From Octopus sinensis (Eukaryota): DNA of 36,144 nucleotides. Shown here one piece after another: positions 1-11,514 of this stretch (position 1 is its first letter; each line of letters opens with the position of its first letter). The stretch is taken from positions 1 to 36,144 of the forward strand of contig NW_021828088.1 in the NCBI RefSeq assembly GCF_006345805.1. The letters are read 5' to 3'. A program made the position numbers and the translations under genes. Under the pieces are notes generated by a model. That model saw nothing but the letters and a program-made list of their open reading frames with translations, was not told where the DNA came from and did no database searches.

Positions 1-206
1 CTATTAGGCAAATCAAACAATGAAAAACATAAGCCAATACATAAAATTAATTAATTTATATATTTTAAATATATATCAAAAGTATTAAAAGTTTAATAAA
101 AGATAATGAGTAAAACACTACGATCGTTTCATGGCTGTACAATCGTAATAATTCGAGTTAATTTTATGTATTGGCTTATGTTTTTCACTGTTTGATTACC
201 TAATAG
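1..206. repeat. Long inverted repeat (arms 1-50 and 158-206, 107-bp spacer); left arm may continue beyond the window
   Basis: The reverse complement of 158-206 matches 1-50 with 2 substitutions and 1 indel; the inner 30 bp (21-50 vs 158-187) are perfect. Confidence 0.9.
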
Positions 207-230
207 TGGTTTAATCTCTAATTTAATATA

Positions 231-281
<51 letters not shown>

Positions 282-734
282 GTATGTATGTATGCATACA
301 TTTTATCCGAGGGGAGGCAATGTGAGCAGCAACTACAAGAACACTACAAAATCCACAGAATGATCAAAACATTCATATATTCATTTATATCTACAGAACA
401 GATATAAACCGACGTTTAAAAATATAGTAATATATAAATATATAAACATCATATAAAAATATATAAATAAATAAGAAAATCAATGTTGCATATATATAAC
501 ACCTTGAATTTACGCTTAAACTCATAAAACATTTGGTATAAATTTGTTAAATTAAAAATTTGGGGTAATAAAACATACAATGACGAATTAAAATTCCAGA
601 GAAAAATACTTAGAAGATGAATATACAAATTTACAAAAATATATAAAAGTTTCGGAGACGCGCCAATTTAAATCCGGTAAAAAGTTCCGTTTTCATCAGT
701 TTCTTGCTGAAAGCTCTCCTACGCTGTTCCGAAT

Positions 735-1175
735 CATAGCGTCGGATAAAATGCACTGCAGATTTATTCCGGCTCCTTTACGTTCTGATATAACATGTAA
801 CCGGCGTCAACTTTGCCTTTTAATCCCTCTGGGGGTTGATAAAATAAAGTAGCAGTCAAGTACTTCTGTCAATGGTTATCGACTAATCCTCTCTTTCCCT
901 TAATTTCAGGTTTTAAATTATTAGGAACAACCAATTTAAATAATTAGAAATAGCTAATTAAGGTAAGGAATTGATAAAACCGTTAGCACATTGGACAAAA
1001 TACTTAACGGTATTTCTTCCGACATGACGTTCTGAGTTCAAATGCCAAGGAAGTCTACTTTGCCTTTTATCTTTTCGCAGTTGATGACATATGTGCTAGT
1101 TGAGCACTGTGCTCGATGTGTTCCACTAGCTCCCTCCCCAAATACATTAGGCATTGTGCCTACAGTAAAAAGAAA
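735..1175 (+). mobile_element. Two degenerate tandem copies of tRNA-derived SINE family B
   Basis: ACGTTCTGAGTTCAAAT (B box) and ACTTTGCCTTT blocks match the intact copies at 17321 and 22321. Confidence 0.7.
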
Positions 1176-1187
1176 ACAATATAATTA

Positions 1188-1445
1188 TGGCGTAGTGGTT
1201 AAGAGCGAGGGCGACTAACCCCAAGATTCCGAGTTCGATTCCAAGCGGTGACCTGAGCAATAATAACAATAACAATAATAATAATAGTAATAATAATAAT
1301 AATAATCATAATAACAGGAATGAGAACTCAGCTTCGAAATTTCCCCCAAGACACCTGATGAAGGCTGGAGGGTATACCAGCCGAAACGTTGTGTTAGCAA
1401 CAAACAAGATGACAAATATCAGTCGAATATAAATAATGTAAATAA
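1188..1445 (+). mobile_element. Composite element: tRNA-like head (1188-1256), (AAT)n linker, hammerhead-bearing tail
   Basis: A box TGGCGTAGTGG (1188-1198), B box GAGTTCGATTCC (1231-1242), AAT repeat about 1259-1313. The tail is homologous to the minus-strand copy at about 29120-29250. Confidence 0.7.
1350..1395 (+). ncRNA. Minimal type I hammerhead ribozyme motif (Penelope-like)
   Basis: Helix I GACAC/GTGTT; core CTGATGA (1355-1361) plus one extra A; helix II GGCTGG/CCAGCC; GAAA (1383-1386); palindromic helix III ACGT; predicted cleavage after T1390 (GUU triplet). Confidence 0.75.
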
Positions 1446-2259
1446 TATAATTATTATTGTCTAATCGATGGAAATTTCATGAGGCCAGACTAAATTAACT
1501 AGTGACCGAGTTTCGTTCTTATACCGTTTGAGATCAAACCACAATTTGACTCTAAAATCGAATTTATCCTGCAGCCCTTCGGTACCGATAGACTGCATCA
1601 CAACGAGGAAGATTTTATGGTTATGTGACTTGCTAGAAATAACAGCGAAATCTAAGTCAAATCATGCTTTGTCACTATAGGAAAGGCTCGTGCGGGTGAA
1701 GCTGACAATGTTAATTATCATTAGGTACAACCTCGATCGAGATGTAAACATATTATTAAAACTAATCCAACCACTACCCTCTGTCTGATTATTCACATGC
1801 TGGGCTATATAACAGAATATTTCAGTTCTTTATTAAAGATCGTAAGGTGGAGCATTAGGATATTTGGCCTTTATGTCTAGCAAGTTTGCCTGACCTCATA
1901 CAGGCACCCTCGTTGACAGGATGATGATGGTGAGAATGTATAAATATTTTTAATTAAATTGGGATAATATATATGATGGCTGTGGTGACATCTTGTTTTT
2001 TGTATGTAGTGTGAAGGGCAATGTTTTATAGCTGTTGTTTTATTTGTAAATAATTAGATTTATGGGGTCAATACGCATACTTGTCAACAAAGAACACGCA
2101 CCACCGATATTCACGATCTTAAGTTTGTTTTAATATGTAAAACTAACATCAAATTAAAATTACAACTATGAAAAATAAGAGAATGTATTTAGAAGACAGA
2201 CAAAATATATTTGTTAGAAATAAAAGAGAAAATGGCCATGTGCGATTCGCATAAATATA

Positions 2260-2396
2260 AGGTTGTCCCAAAAGTTCGTAGAAAGTCTTGGAAAATAATG
2301 GTCTTTATTTTGAGGAATAATTTTTATTGTTTTTGTTAGTACTTGGCGAGTAAAAATTCAATTTTCGCAAGTGTTTACGAACTTTTGGGACAAACT
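2260..2396. mobile_element. Probable Tc1/mariner-type MITE
   Basis: Perfect 18-bp inverted repeat TTGTCCCAAAAGTTCGTA (2263-2280 / 2376-2393), extending to about 21 bp with one mismatch; TA on the left flank, AA on the right; no ORF. Confidence 0.6.
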
Positions 2397-2633
2397 AACA
2401 GTTGATAAAATTTCATAAAGGATCGCTAACATAGGTGCCATCACATACATTCTGCAAAGAAGGTGTAAAGCGTATAGAAGATATAATCGAATGCAGAACC
2501 AGGCAAGGATTGATTTTATGGTTACAGAAATTTTAAAAAGACAAAGGTGAAACCCCAGCGGGATTTGAACTTAAAATTCGTGACTAAATATAATACGGCG
2601 TTATTTATACTACGCTATCGTTCCTGCCATCTG

Positions 2634-2783
2634 TTAGCCTTGTTTCCCAACCACATTGGTTCGGGTTCGGTCCCACTGCGTGGTAGCTTGTGCACGTGTC
2701 TTATACTTTAACCGTAAGCCGCACGAAATCTTGTGAGCGGATTCTGGGTTTGGTAGAAGGAAAATGAAAGAACCTCGTCTTAA

Positions 2784-2815
<32 letters not shown>
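2634..2815 (+). mobile_element. Degenerate SINE family A (5' part) ending in (TG)n
   Basis: CAACCACATTGGTTCGGGTTCGGTCCCACTGCGTGG and TTGTGAGCGGATT...TTTGGTAGA blocks match the 15603 copy. Confidence 0.75.
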
Positions 2816-2818
<3 letters not shown>

Positions 2819-2942
2819 GCGTTTCTGTGTTTCGGGCTCTGAAAATTTAGGCAGAGACCCCTTATAGAAGAAGAAATGAAAAATACAAGGCGACTATATC
2901 TTAATCTTTGTCTTTCGCTCCATCGCTTTTTGTGTCTGTTTA

Positions 2943-3035
2943 TCACGTGACATATCTTCTGCCCTTTCCATTTGCTCACGTCACCTGGTGTCGTCTTCAT
3001 TTCTCATTTATTCACGTGACCTATTGTGTCGTCCA
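2943..3035. promoter_or_regulatory. Cluster of E-box-like motifs in a degenerate tandem repeat of about 35 bp
   Basis: TCACGTGAC at 2943-2951 and 3012-3020, TCACGTCAC at 2976-2984, CCAAT nearby. Function not shown. Confidence 0.3.
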
Positions 3036-3434
3036 ATCTTCTGGTTTGGTTATGCGATCTAGTGTATCGCCTACTCTTCGTCTCCCACCTCTGTCTGTTA
3101 CTCTGTCTCCTTATCCTGTCACCCTCTTTCTCTCTCTCTCTCTCTCTCCTCTTTCTCCTTTTTTCACTCTTTATCCATTACTTTGTTTTCACAGTGAATC
3201 TGTGAGTGAATCCACTCATTCATTTTTTCAGTTTAAGACGGAGGAGTGTGAGTTAAGGGAGGTATGGCTACTAGTTTTAGCAGATCTCGCCACCATATGA
3301 AAACTCCCATAGTGATACAGTAAAACGTATTACAATAAATGGAGTAAAATGAAACAGAGCAGTTCTTACTGTAGTTGTTGATTAGCTCCAGATAAATTGA
3401 TTGAACAGACCTATGATCAAAAGCATTCAAATAA

Positions 3435-3435
3435 T

Positions 3436-3473
<38 letters not shown>

Positions 3474-3478
3474 TAGAC

Positions 3479-3523
<45 letters not shown>

Positions 3524-3595
3524 TGTTTCTTTATTAGCCACACAGGGCTGCACACAAACGGGACAGATTACAAAGTAGAGCTTTTCTTTTTGGAG
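3435..3595 (-). mobile_element. Retroposon 3' tail fragment followed on the minus strand by a (TATC)n/(TGTC)n microsatellite
   Basis: Minus strand reads TGTGTGCAGCCCTGTGTGGCTAATAAAGAAAC, similar to the family B tail TGTGTTTAGCCCCTTGTGGGTAGTAAAGAAAT. Confidence 0.5.
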
Positions 3596-4154
3596 AGAGA
3601 AAAAAAAAAAAGTGCGGTAGGTTTTCGATCAAAAGGGATCGTAAAAGGGAAAGAAAAAAAAGAAAAAAAGAAGAAAAAGGAAAGAAAAAAGATAGACAGA
3701 TAGTTCTGTACAATATAAGTAATACTACCTTTTTCCAATTTCGTCTTAATATAAGTTTGTGCCGGTAGAATATGATTTTTAAAAATGTTTGACTGTTATT
3801 ACTAGCAGATCAAAAAGTTCTTTAGAAGCTTTATTGTAAACTCAAAATAGAGGTACGTAAAGCATAACAAATGTTTTGATAATAGTTCTTGAAACGATTT
3901 TAATTAATTTTGTACGTGAAGGCTGTATAAGCCTGGCTGAAACGATTAATGATTGGAATACACAACTTTTGAAATTTACTTCGGCTCTTCAGCCCGTGCA
4001 GTCTGGTTCGAGTCAAAAGAGCGGAAAATCTTATCCTAGAGTGTGAGTGTCTCAGAAAGCATTCATACACGGTGTCGAAACTGTGATGATAGTCGATCGG
4101 AAATTGATGAGGGTTAAGCTTTATGCTTCCGTTGTGTTTGTGTATGTTTCTTAC

Positions 4155-4214
4155 TTTATTTCCCGCTGAATCACCTTTTCATTATATTTCTTATAGATAT
4201 AATTATTTAACATT
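4155..4214 (-). CDS. Weak candidate 60-nt exon (MLNNYIYKKYNEKVIQREI)
   Basis: CAG acceptor, GTAAGA donor, one open frame, symmetric phase 2. No homology recognised; could be chance. Confidence 0.15.
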
Positions 4215-4404
4215 CTGCAGCTTCATAATCGAATAAAAGTAATAATGCAATACTTCAAAAGAACGTATATTAATTTGCTTCTACTTCTATAAATAATTAA
4301 GAGTTAATTACTTTTTTTTTATTATTTAGGTGATTTCTTTTAGTTGTTATTGTTAATAGCTGTTTAACTGACAGAACTCTACTAATGCACGGGAATGTTT
4401 GTAT

Positions 4405-4570
4405 TGTTCAGCTTGCTCCGCAACCATACGGATTTGGGTTCAGTCTCACAGCGCAGTACCTTTAGTGAGTGTTTTCGGCAACAGCCTGGAGCCAACCTAT
4501 ATCTTGTGAGAGAATTTTGGTATACAAAATATATGTGGCAGCACGTAGAGTATGTGTGTGTGTGTTTGTG
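4405..4570 (+). mobile_element. Highly degenerate SINE family A 5' part
   Basis: GCTTGCT..CAACCA..GGGTTCAGT..CAC.GCG and CTTGTGAG...TTTGGTA blocks. Confidence 0.55.
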
Positions 4571-5516
4571 TCTATGTTCACTGCATGTCTGTCTATAGAA
4601 AAAGCAGATAGGTAGACAGATAGCTTGATAGATATCATATAATTTAGTTGACAGTTATTAGTTTAAGCCAGAATCTCATATAACGTTAGTTTCCACAAAG
4701 GCAAAAGCTTCTCACCCTGGAATCAAAGTTTTATAAAAATCGATGATAGCATTTCCAGTTCCTCCAAACAATGGTATATACATTTGTACATCTTTTTACG
4801 CTTTACAAACAAATTTATAAATGTGTAACAACTAAATTTTCACTCTTAATACATATTGATCTACATATGTGAGTATGTGTGCATGTATGTATGTATATGA
4901 AGCCCAGTTACAACTACAGTCGGCTATTACCAGTAAAGGTTTTAGTTGTAGATCTTTAGCTGGGCTAAAAAGTCACATTCGATCACAGCACCAGTAACAG
5001 TTAAGCTTCGTGCAATGGCCATACTCGATAACGAGGGGGCAGCCATAATGTATGTATATATATATATGTGTGTGTGTTTCTGTATAAGAAAATGTGGTTG
5101 TGAGTTTGTATGTGTGCAGGTGTATAAATTTAGGAATAAATTAAAACGCCAGTTATACATATCATAGTAAATGTTAAGCTATATGTATATGTGTTTGTAT
5201 GTATCCGTAGACGCGTTAAGAAATATTAGTTTGGGTGCATATGAAAGATTGTTAGCATGTGTATGAGATTATGTTGTAGGATTCGCTAGAATCTGGGAAT
5301 AGCAAAACACAAGAAAGAAATGAATTTGGATGGGTAAAAGCGTAGAGATGGAAAGTCAAATCGAAAGCAGTCATACAGGATGCTGCAAAAATCTTCTCCA
5401 TGTTTTTACACGGCCAAGAATGCGTGTATGGAGTGTTTTGCCGCAAATTGAGAAGTGGGGAGAGATTGAGAGGGAGAAAGAGTATGTGTGCGTGTGTAAG
5501 CGTATGTGTGTATGTG

Positions 5517-5548
<32 letters not shown>

Positions 5549-5551
5549 AAG

Positions 5552-5617
<66 letters not shown>

Positions 5618-5744
5618 CTGATAAATAGATAAACAGACAGACAGCAGAAATTTACAAACTTCGTTTCTTGAATTTGTCTTCGAAACATCGGAAATTTTCT
5701 TCAAACGGGATGCGAACTCAAACTTTATACTTTACCAGTATGTG

Positions 5745-5775
<31 letters not shown>

Positions 5776-6766
5776 TTGTGTGTGTGTTTGTGAGTGTATT
5801 TATGATGTAGGATTCCTTAGAATCTGGGTGTATCAAAACACAAGGCGCCGTGATTGACTGAGTACATAGTATTGAAACTATAATGTGAGGCAACTTACAG
5901 TTGTCGTTTCTTCATGTATGTATATCACATAGAGAGGTGAGAATAAGTTAAAAAATTTTTTTTTTCAAATTAAAAATAAAACTCACCTCACCTCTTATAC
6001 ACCTCCTGACTTTATGTTATATTTGCACCTCGCTGAAAATCTGAAAATGTTTTTGCTCGGATTTTCTGCATTTTCAGTTCCACGGACACATTACATCACA
6101 CTAAACTGTAATTGATTACTACACAGATTGATAGCCGATTTCTAACGGAGAGCTTACTGTGACAACCACGTGATTCCCTGAATCCTTATTTCAAGAAGCT
6201 AAAATACAGAGCGGGATAGCAACGGTCAGAATACTGTGACATTATGTCTGTTCAATCTCAGCTTGAACTGGATCCAAACAGCTACACAGATGTTGATCTT
6301 ATTATCTATGACGACTCCCCCCCTCTCTCTCTTTCTCTCAACTTCTACCTATCTATTGTATAAATGTTAAATGTCATTGATCCTCGGCAATTAAATCAAT
6401 AACAAAAGCAGAAATTATAAATACAGTACAAACAACTACACCATTGCCATGTGAAATACACGTTAGTAGTTGTGGCAGCGAAGACATTATTATGGATGGT
6501 CATAATGAACATAATTGTCTGCAATCATCAACATTGTTTTAATGCAGATAGCAACAATGTCGAAAAGACAACAATATAGCCACAACAATAATATTAACAA
6601 AAGCAACAAAGACATCAAAGAGGAACAACATCATCGACAACACTGGCGGAAAAAAGTCAATTACCTTAACAACAGCTGGTGCTATTATTAAGTAAAACGA
6701 AGACAAGATATTTTAAGTAATCCAGGCTTACACGTGGTAGCGATAAACACAACGACAATAACAGCA

Positions 6767-6945
6767 GTGGAGGCGCAGTGGCCCAGTGGTTAGGGCAGCG
6801 GACTCGCGGTCGTAAGAACACAGTTTCAATTCCCAGACCGGGCATTGTGTTTCTTGAGCAAAAACACCTAAGCTCCACGACGTTGAACCCCGTTGTACTC
6901 TTTCACCACAACTTTCTCTCACTCTTTCTTCCTACTTCTGCCACA
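6767..6945 (+). mobile_element. tRNA-derived SINE family C
   Basis: GTGGAGGCGCAGTGGCCCAGTGGTTAGGGCAGCGGACTCGCGGTCG...GTTTCAATTCCCAGACCGG head; homologous to 20788 and to 21418-21729 (minus). Confidence 0.85.
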
Positions 6946-7304
6946 AAGCAGAGGAACCATGGTGTAACTCACTATGGTGTGGTAAAACTTTCAGACCCTA
7001 GTCTAGATTGCGAATCCTCTGTACCCCAGGATGGTTCATCTCTCCACCCGTTAAAAGCCACCTTTTACGGAATGAGGATAACAACGTAGCTTTCGCGACG
7101 GTGCAACCGCCAGTCTATCGCGTGTGGTGGGTGGATCTTCAAGCTGTCACACGCATTCTTAGTACCTTAGAGTAGGCTCGAATTAGAGATAATTCTTTGT
7201 GGCTAATGGCATGAGTCCTGATTGGAGGAAGAAGAAGAAGAAGAAGAAGAGAAGACAACAGCAGCAACAAAGAGCACAATCGACAACCATAGCAATAATA
7301 GCCG

Positions 7305-7682
7305 AAAAAACCCTGAAATTTTGTAGAGGAGATTTATCAATTGCATCGACCCAAGTGCTGGCTTGGTACTTATTTTATCGACCTCGAAAGGATGAACAAT
7401 AAAATTGCACTCCGAACGTAAAGACGGACGAAATGCCGCTAAGCTTTTTGCCAGGCGTGCTAACGATTCTGCATGCTAGCTTGAAATTCTACCATAAGCA
7501 CAAAACCTGAAATTTTGAGGGAAGAGAGTTTGTCGAATACATCGACCTCAGTACAGGACTGGTACTCATTTAATCAACTCCGCAAGGATGAAAGGCAAAG
7601 TCGACCTCGGCAGCACTTGAACTCAGTACGTAAAGCCACCGAGCATTTTGGACTAGCGTGCTAAAGATTCTGCCAGCTCGCC
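7305..7682 (-). mobile_element. Two tandem SINE family B copies
   Basis: Reverse complements of the family B head and body: GATTCTGCCAGCTCGCC, GGATGAAAGGCAAAGTCGACCTCGG. Confidence 0.8.
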
Positions 7683-7689
7683 ACTTTTA

Positions 7690-7725
<36 letters not shown>

Positions 7726-7803
7726 AAGAAGCTGCTGCTGTTGTTGTTGTTGCTGTTGCTGTTGCTGCTGCTGCTGCTGCTGCTGCTGTTGTTGTTGCTG
7801 CTG
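7690..7803. repeat. Compound trinucleotide microsatellite (TAG)n-(GCT/GTT)n
   Basis: Direct reading. Confidence 0.95.
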
Positions 7804-8483
7804 AATGGGAGACTACAAATTCGACGGAACGATGATTTGCTGTTCAGACACAGATATCTAATTGGAAAGGATGGGAAATGAACGTTTACTAATCACCTAC
7901 CACGGTAATAAATATCGGAATGTCTGGCGAAAATGTCTTACCGTGTTATGATCCGAATCTTTACGTACTGAATTAAAACCTCACCGAGGTTAACTCAGCC
8001 TCACCATTTCTCTTGATTGATAAAATAACTTACTGGCCGAGGCGGTGACTTGAAAGTATTCTCGGAGGGTTAGGCGAAATGTTGTAACATATTTCTTCTG
8101 GTTCTATAAGCTCTAAGTTCAAATTACGCTGTGGTCACCTTAGCCTTTTATTCCCCCACAGGATTCAATAAAGTAAGGTAAACCACAAGTTCAGTATTAG
8201 GGCCGAGTCAAGCTTTTTTTTTTTTTTTGCCTATGAACCCTTTTCAATACTATATTATTCTGGAGGACGTCCATAACCATTCGATGTTTAAAAGCTAGTT
8301 TTATAAATATTCTTTCAAAATTCCTGTTTTGTTTCTCACGCATTAACATGTATAGGTTTGCACAAGCACTTTCTGTGAGAAGGTTTCAATGACCAGAAAC
8401 ATACTAAACGAAGTAGAGAAAGAAACCTAGCTGTTTCTTGCAATAAATATATCTTAATCAAAATTTTTCGTGGACGCATAAAC

Positions 8484-8625
8484 TATGGTTCCGGGTTCAT
8501 TCCCACTGCGTGGCACTTTGGGCGCAAGTGTCTTCTACTATAGCCTCGAGCCGACCAAAGCCTTGTGAGTGGATTTGGTAGACGGAAACTGAAAGATGCC
8601 CGTCGTATATATGTATGTATGTATG

Positions 8626-8708
<83 letters not shown>

Positions 8709-8895
8709 TGTGTTTGTCCCCCCAACATCACTTGACAACCGATGCTGGTGTGTTTACGTCCCCGTAACTTAGCGGTTCAGCAAAAGAGAACGATAGAATA
8801 AGTACTAGGCTTACACAGAATAAGCTCTGGGGCCGATTTGCTCGACAAAAGGCGGTGCTCCAGCATGGCCGCAGTCAAATGACTGAAATACAAGT
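8484..8895 (+). mobile_element. SINE family A, 5'-truncated, with an internal (TG)n tract
   Basis: Close match to the 15603-16015 copy from ATGGTTCCGGGTTCA to GACTGAAA. Confidence 0.9.
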
Positions 8896-9046
8896 CGAAC
8901 ACTGGGGCCGATGTAATCGACTAAACCCCCCCTCCCCCCTCCCCCCCCCATCGGCCCCACCTCATCTCCCTCATCGCCCCTGCCAACCAAATTTCCGCTC
9001 TTTGTCCCTGAAGAAGAAAGGACTGCTGTTTCTATTAAATACTTAC

Positions 9047-9142
9047 TTCATCGGTTGATTGTTTCTTGGCTTTGTGGCTTGTTTGCTTGCTCTAGCTTAA
9101 TTGCAAGTTCATTTGCTTCTTCATATGATGATAGCTTGTCTG
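9047..9142 (-). CDS. Candidate 96-nt exon (DKLSSYEEANELAIKLEQANKPQSQETINR*)
   Basis: TTTTTGTTAAATAG/CAG acceptor and GAA/GTAAGT donor; helical-looking peptide in one frame, ending in TGA 1 nt before the donor. No homology recognised. Confidence 0.3.
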
Positions 9143-10345
9143 CTATTTAACAAAAATGCTCTGAGAAATGGCATAAACAAAAACTGTCTTGTTCCGGAAA
9201 TGTTTCTCAAAATCTTAATCAAAGATATTTAATTGATACGATTCCGAACTTCCATGATTCTACGATTCTTCGATAAATATTCGCTCTCACAAGACCAGCA
9301 ACCGGGAAAAAGGCATACATACGGACACATATACATACATAGATACATATACAGTATGTATACATCATTACCACAGACATAGATATATACATCCATACAT
9401 ATACTCAAATATACACATACATACATACACATGCCTATATGAGTACACGCATTCACACACATACATAAAGTCACATATTCATACACACATGCATACATAC
9501 ATGCATATGTACACAAACACACACAACTTACAAAGATACATACACATTCACACATACAAACGAACATGCATAGAAAGACCACACACACATATGTACATAG
9601 ATACATATATATATATACACACCTACATACATGAACACACACACACACAGACTGACTGCCCGACCAACAGACAAACAGAAGTATCGACGGAGTTATACGG
9701 TTAGATATATGGAAGGCAATGATATACGGTTTGCTGTGTTTGTTTATAAAACAATGTCATGGAGATTGTTCTGTTAGATTAATTGTGTAAGAATAAATTG
9801 AGGGGAGATTAATAAGTTATCTTTACTCAATATCAGCCATAAATATATTGTAATGTGAAGGTAACTTCACTCGATTTACACTTTAGCTTTCAAATAAATT
9901 AACGAATATAAAATAATAAATATAGAATAAGAGACGATGTGGAAAGACACAGTAGAAAAAAAACATTGGCATATGAAAAAAATATGGAGGCAAAAGCAGC
10001 CAAAAAAACCAATGAGAGGATAGTGTTGATAAAATGTGTCCCTGAAAGTGGGGAGAAAGAAGAGAGGGAGACAAAAATATAGAGAGAGTAGGGGTAGGAA
10101 AAAGAGGTGGTTAAGCGTACATATATGCCTGCTTGCATAAGCACACACACACACAAATTCATAGATACATTCGTTCATTCATGCACTGGTGTACATGTGT
10201 GTGCGTGTATATATATATATATGGGGAAAAAATTCATTGCCAAAAATGAATATATACACACTGACTCGTATATGCGTTCCTCTGTGTGTATGTATGTATA
10301 TTATATTTTATATATATATATATATAGATATATATATATGCACAC

Positions 10346-10382
<37 letters not shown>

Positions 10383-10420
10383 ACACAGTGTACGTAAGCT
10401 GGCGTTCTTGTCCCATTTTG

Positions 10421-10464
<44 letters not shown>

Positions 10465-10669
10465 GTATATGTATATATATGTATACATACATGCATATAT
10501 ATATATATGTATATACATAGATACATACACACACATACATAGATACATACACACAGACACATATACATGTATACATACATACATACACACGCACACATAT
10601 ATATACATGTATAATACATACATACATACACACACACATATATACATGATACATACACACACCACACAC

Positions 10670-10998
10670 ATATATAATACATGATTACATACACACACAC
10701 ACACACACATATATATACATGTATACATACACACACACACACACACATATATATACATGTATACATACACACACACACACACACATATATATACATGTAT
10801 ACATACACACACACACACACATATATACATGTATACATACACACACACACACACACATATATATACATGTATACATACAAACACACATATATATATATAT
10901 ATATATATACATATATATACATACATACATACATAGAAAGAGGACAGGAAAGAGACACAAACACGTATGTATGTATACATATATATATATGTGTGTGT

Positions 10999-11059
<61 letters not shown>

Positions 11060-11085
11060 TGTGTGTGTGTGTGTGTGTGTTTATC
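10670..11085. repeat. Compound minisatellite [(CA)n-TATATATACATGTATACATA], about 6 units, followed by long (TG)n tracts
   Basis: Direct reading; accounts for the overlapping HT/CV/YI-type ORFs. Confidence 0.9.
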
Positions 11086-11483
11086 TATCTCTCTCAACAT
11101 TTACACATACACGCATAAAACCAGACATGTTCGTACATACACGCAGGCATACACATACACGCATACACAGACGGGTAAGGTATATGTGCAGTGCGCCTAA
11201 GAAGTAACTCAAATAAATATTACAAGTACAGAAACCAAAATCAAGTGAAAAAGCAATAAGAGAAATATCTAGAAAGAAAAAGGAAGAAAGCAAACTTCGT
11301 TCGTCGGTTATAGGATTTTCTTTAATTATAAATCTAATCAAATTGATTTTTAATTTTTTAATTTAGATTCGAGCAATTTGTGATGACAAGTAGAATGAGG
11401 TTATTGTTGAAAACAGTCTTTTAATGCAATAATGATGATGATCATGATCATGGTGGTGGTGGTGGTGGTAGTGGTAATGATGA

Positions 11484-11514
<31 letters not shown>

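Noticed and set aside
649-699. Minus-strand CTGATGA ... GAAAC spacing suggestive of a hammerhead
   Set aside because: No convincing helix II, helix I or cleavage triplet in register.
3914-3948. AGGCT/AGCCT hairpin followed by GAAACG
   Set aside because: CUGANGA core absent and GAAA out of register with the helix; at best a decayed relic.
5987-6077. Minus-strand segment with strong splice signals and a small CTGAAAAT hairpin
   Set aside because: Stops in all three frames; could be a non-coding exon but nothing here supports it.
8925-8990. C-rich run (G-quadruplex potential on the minus strand)
   Set aside because: Looks like an expanded C-rich end of a SINE B tail fragment; no functional context.
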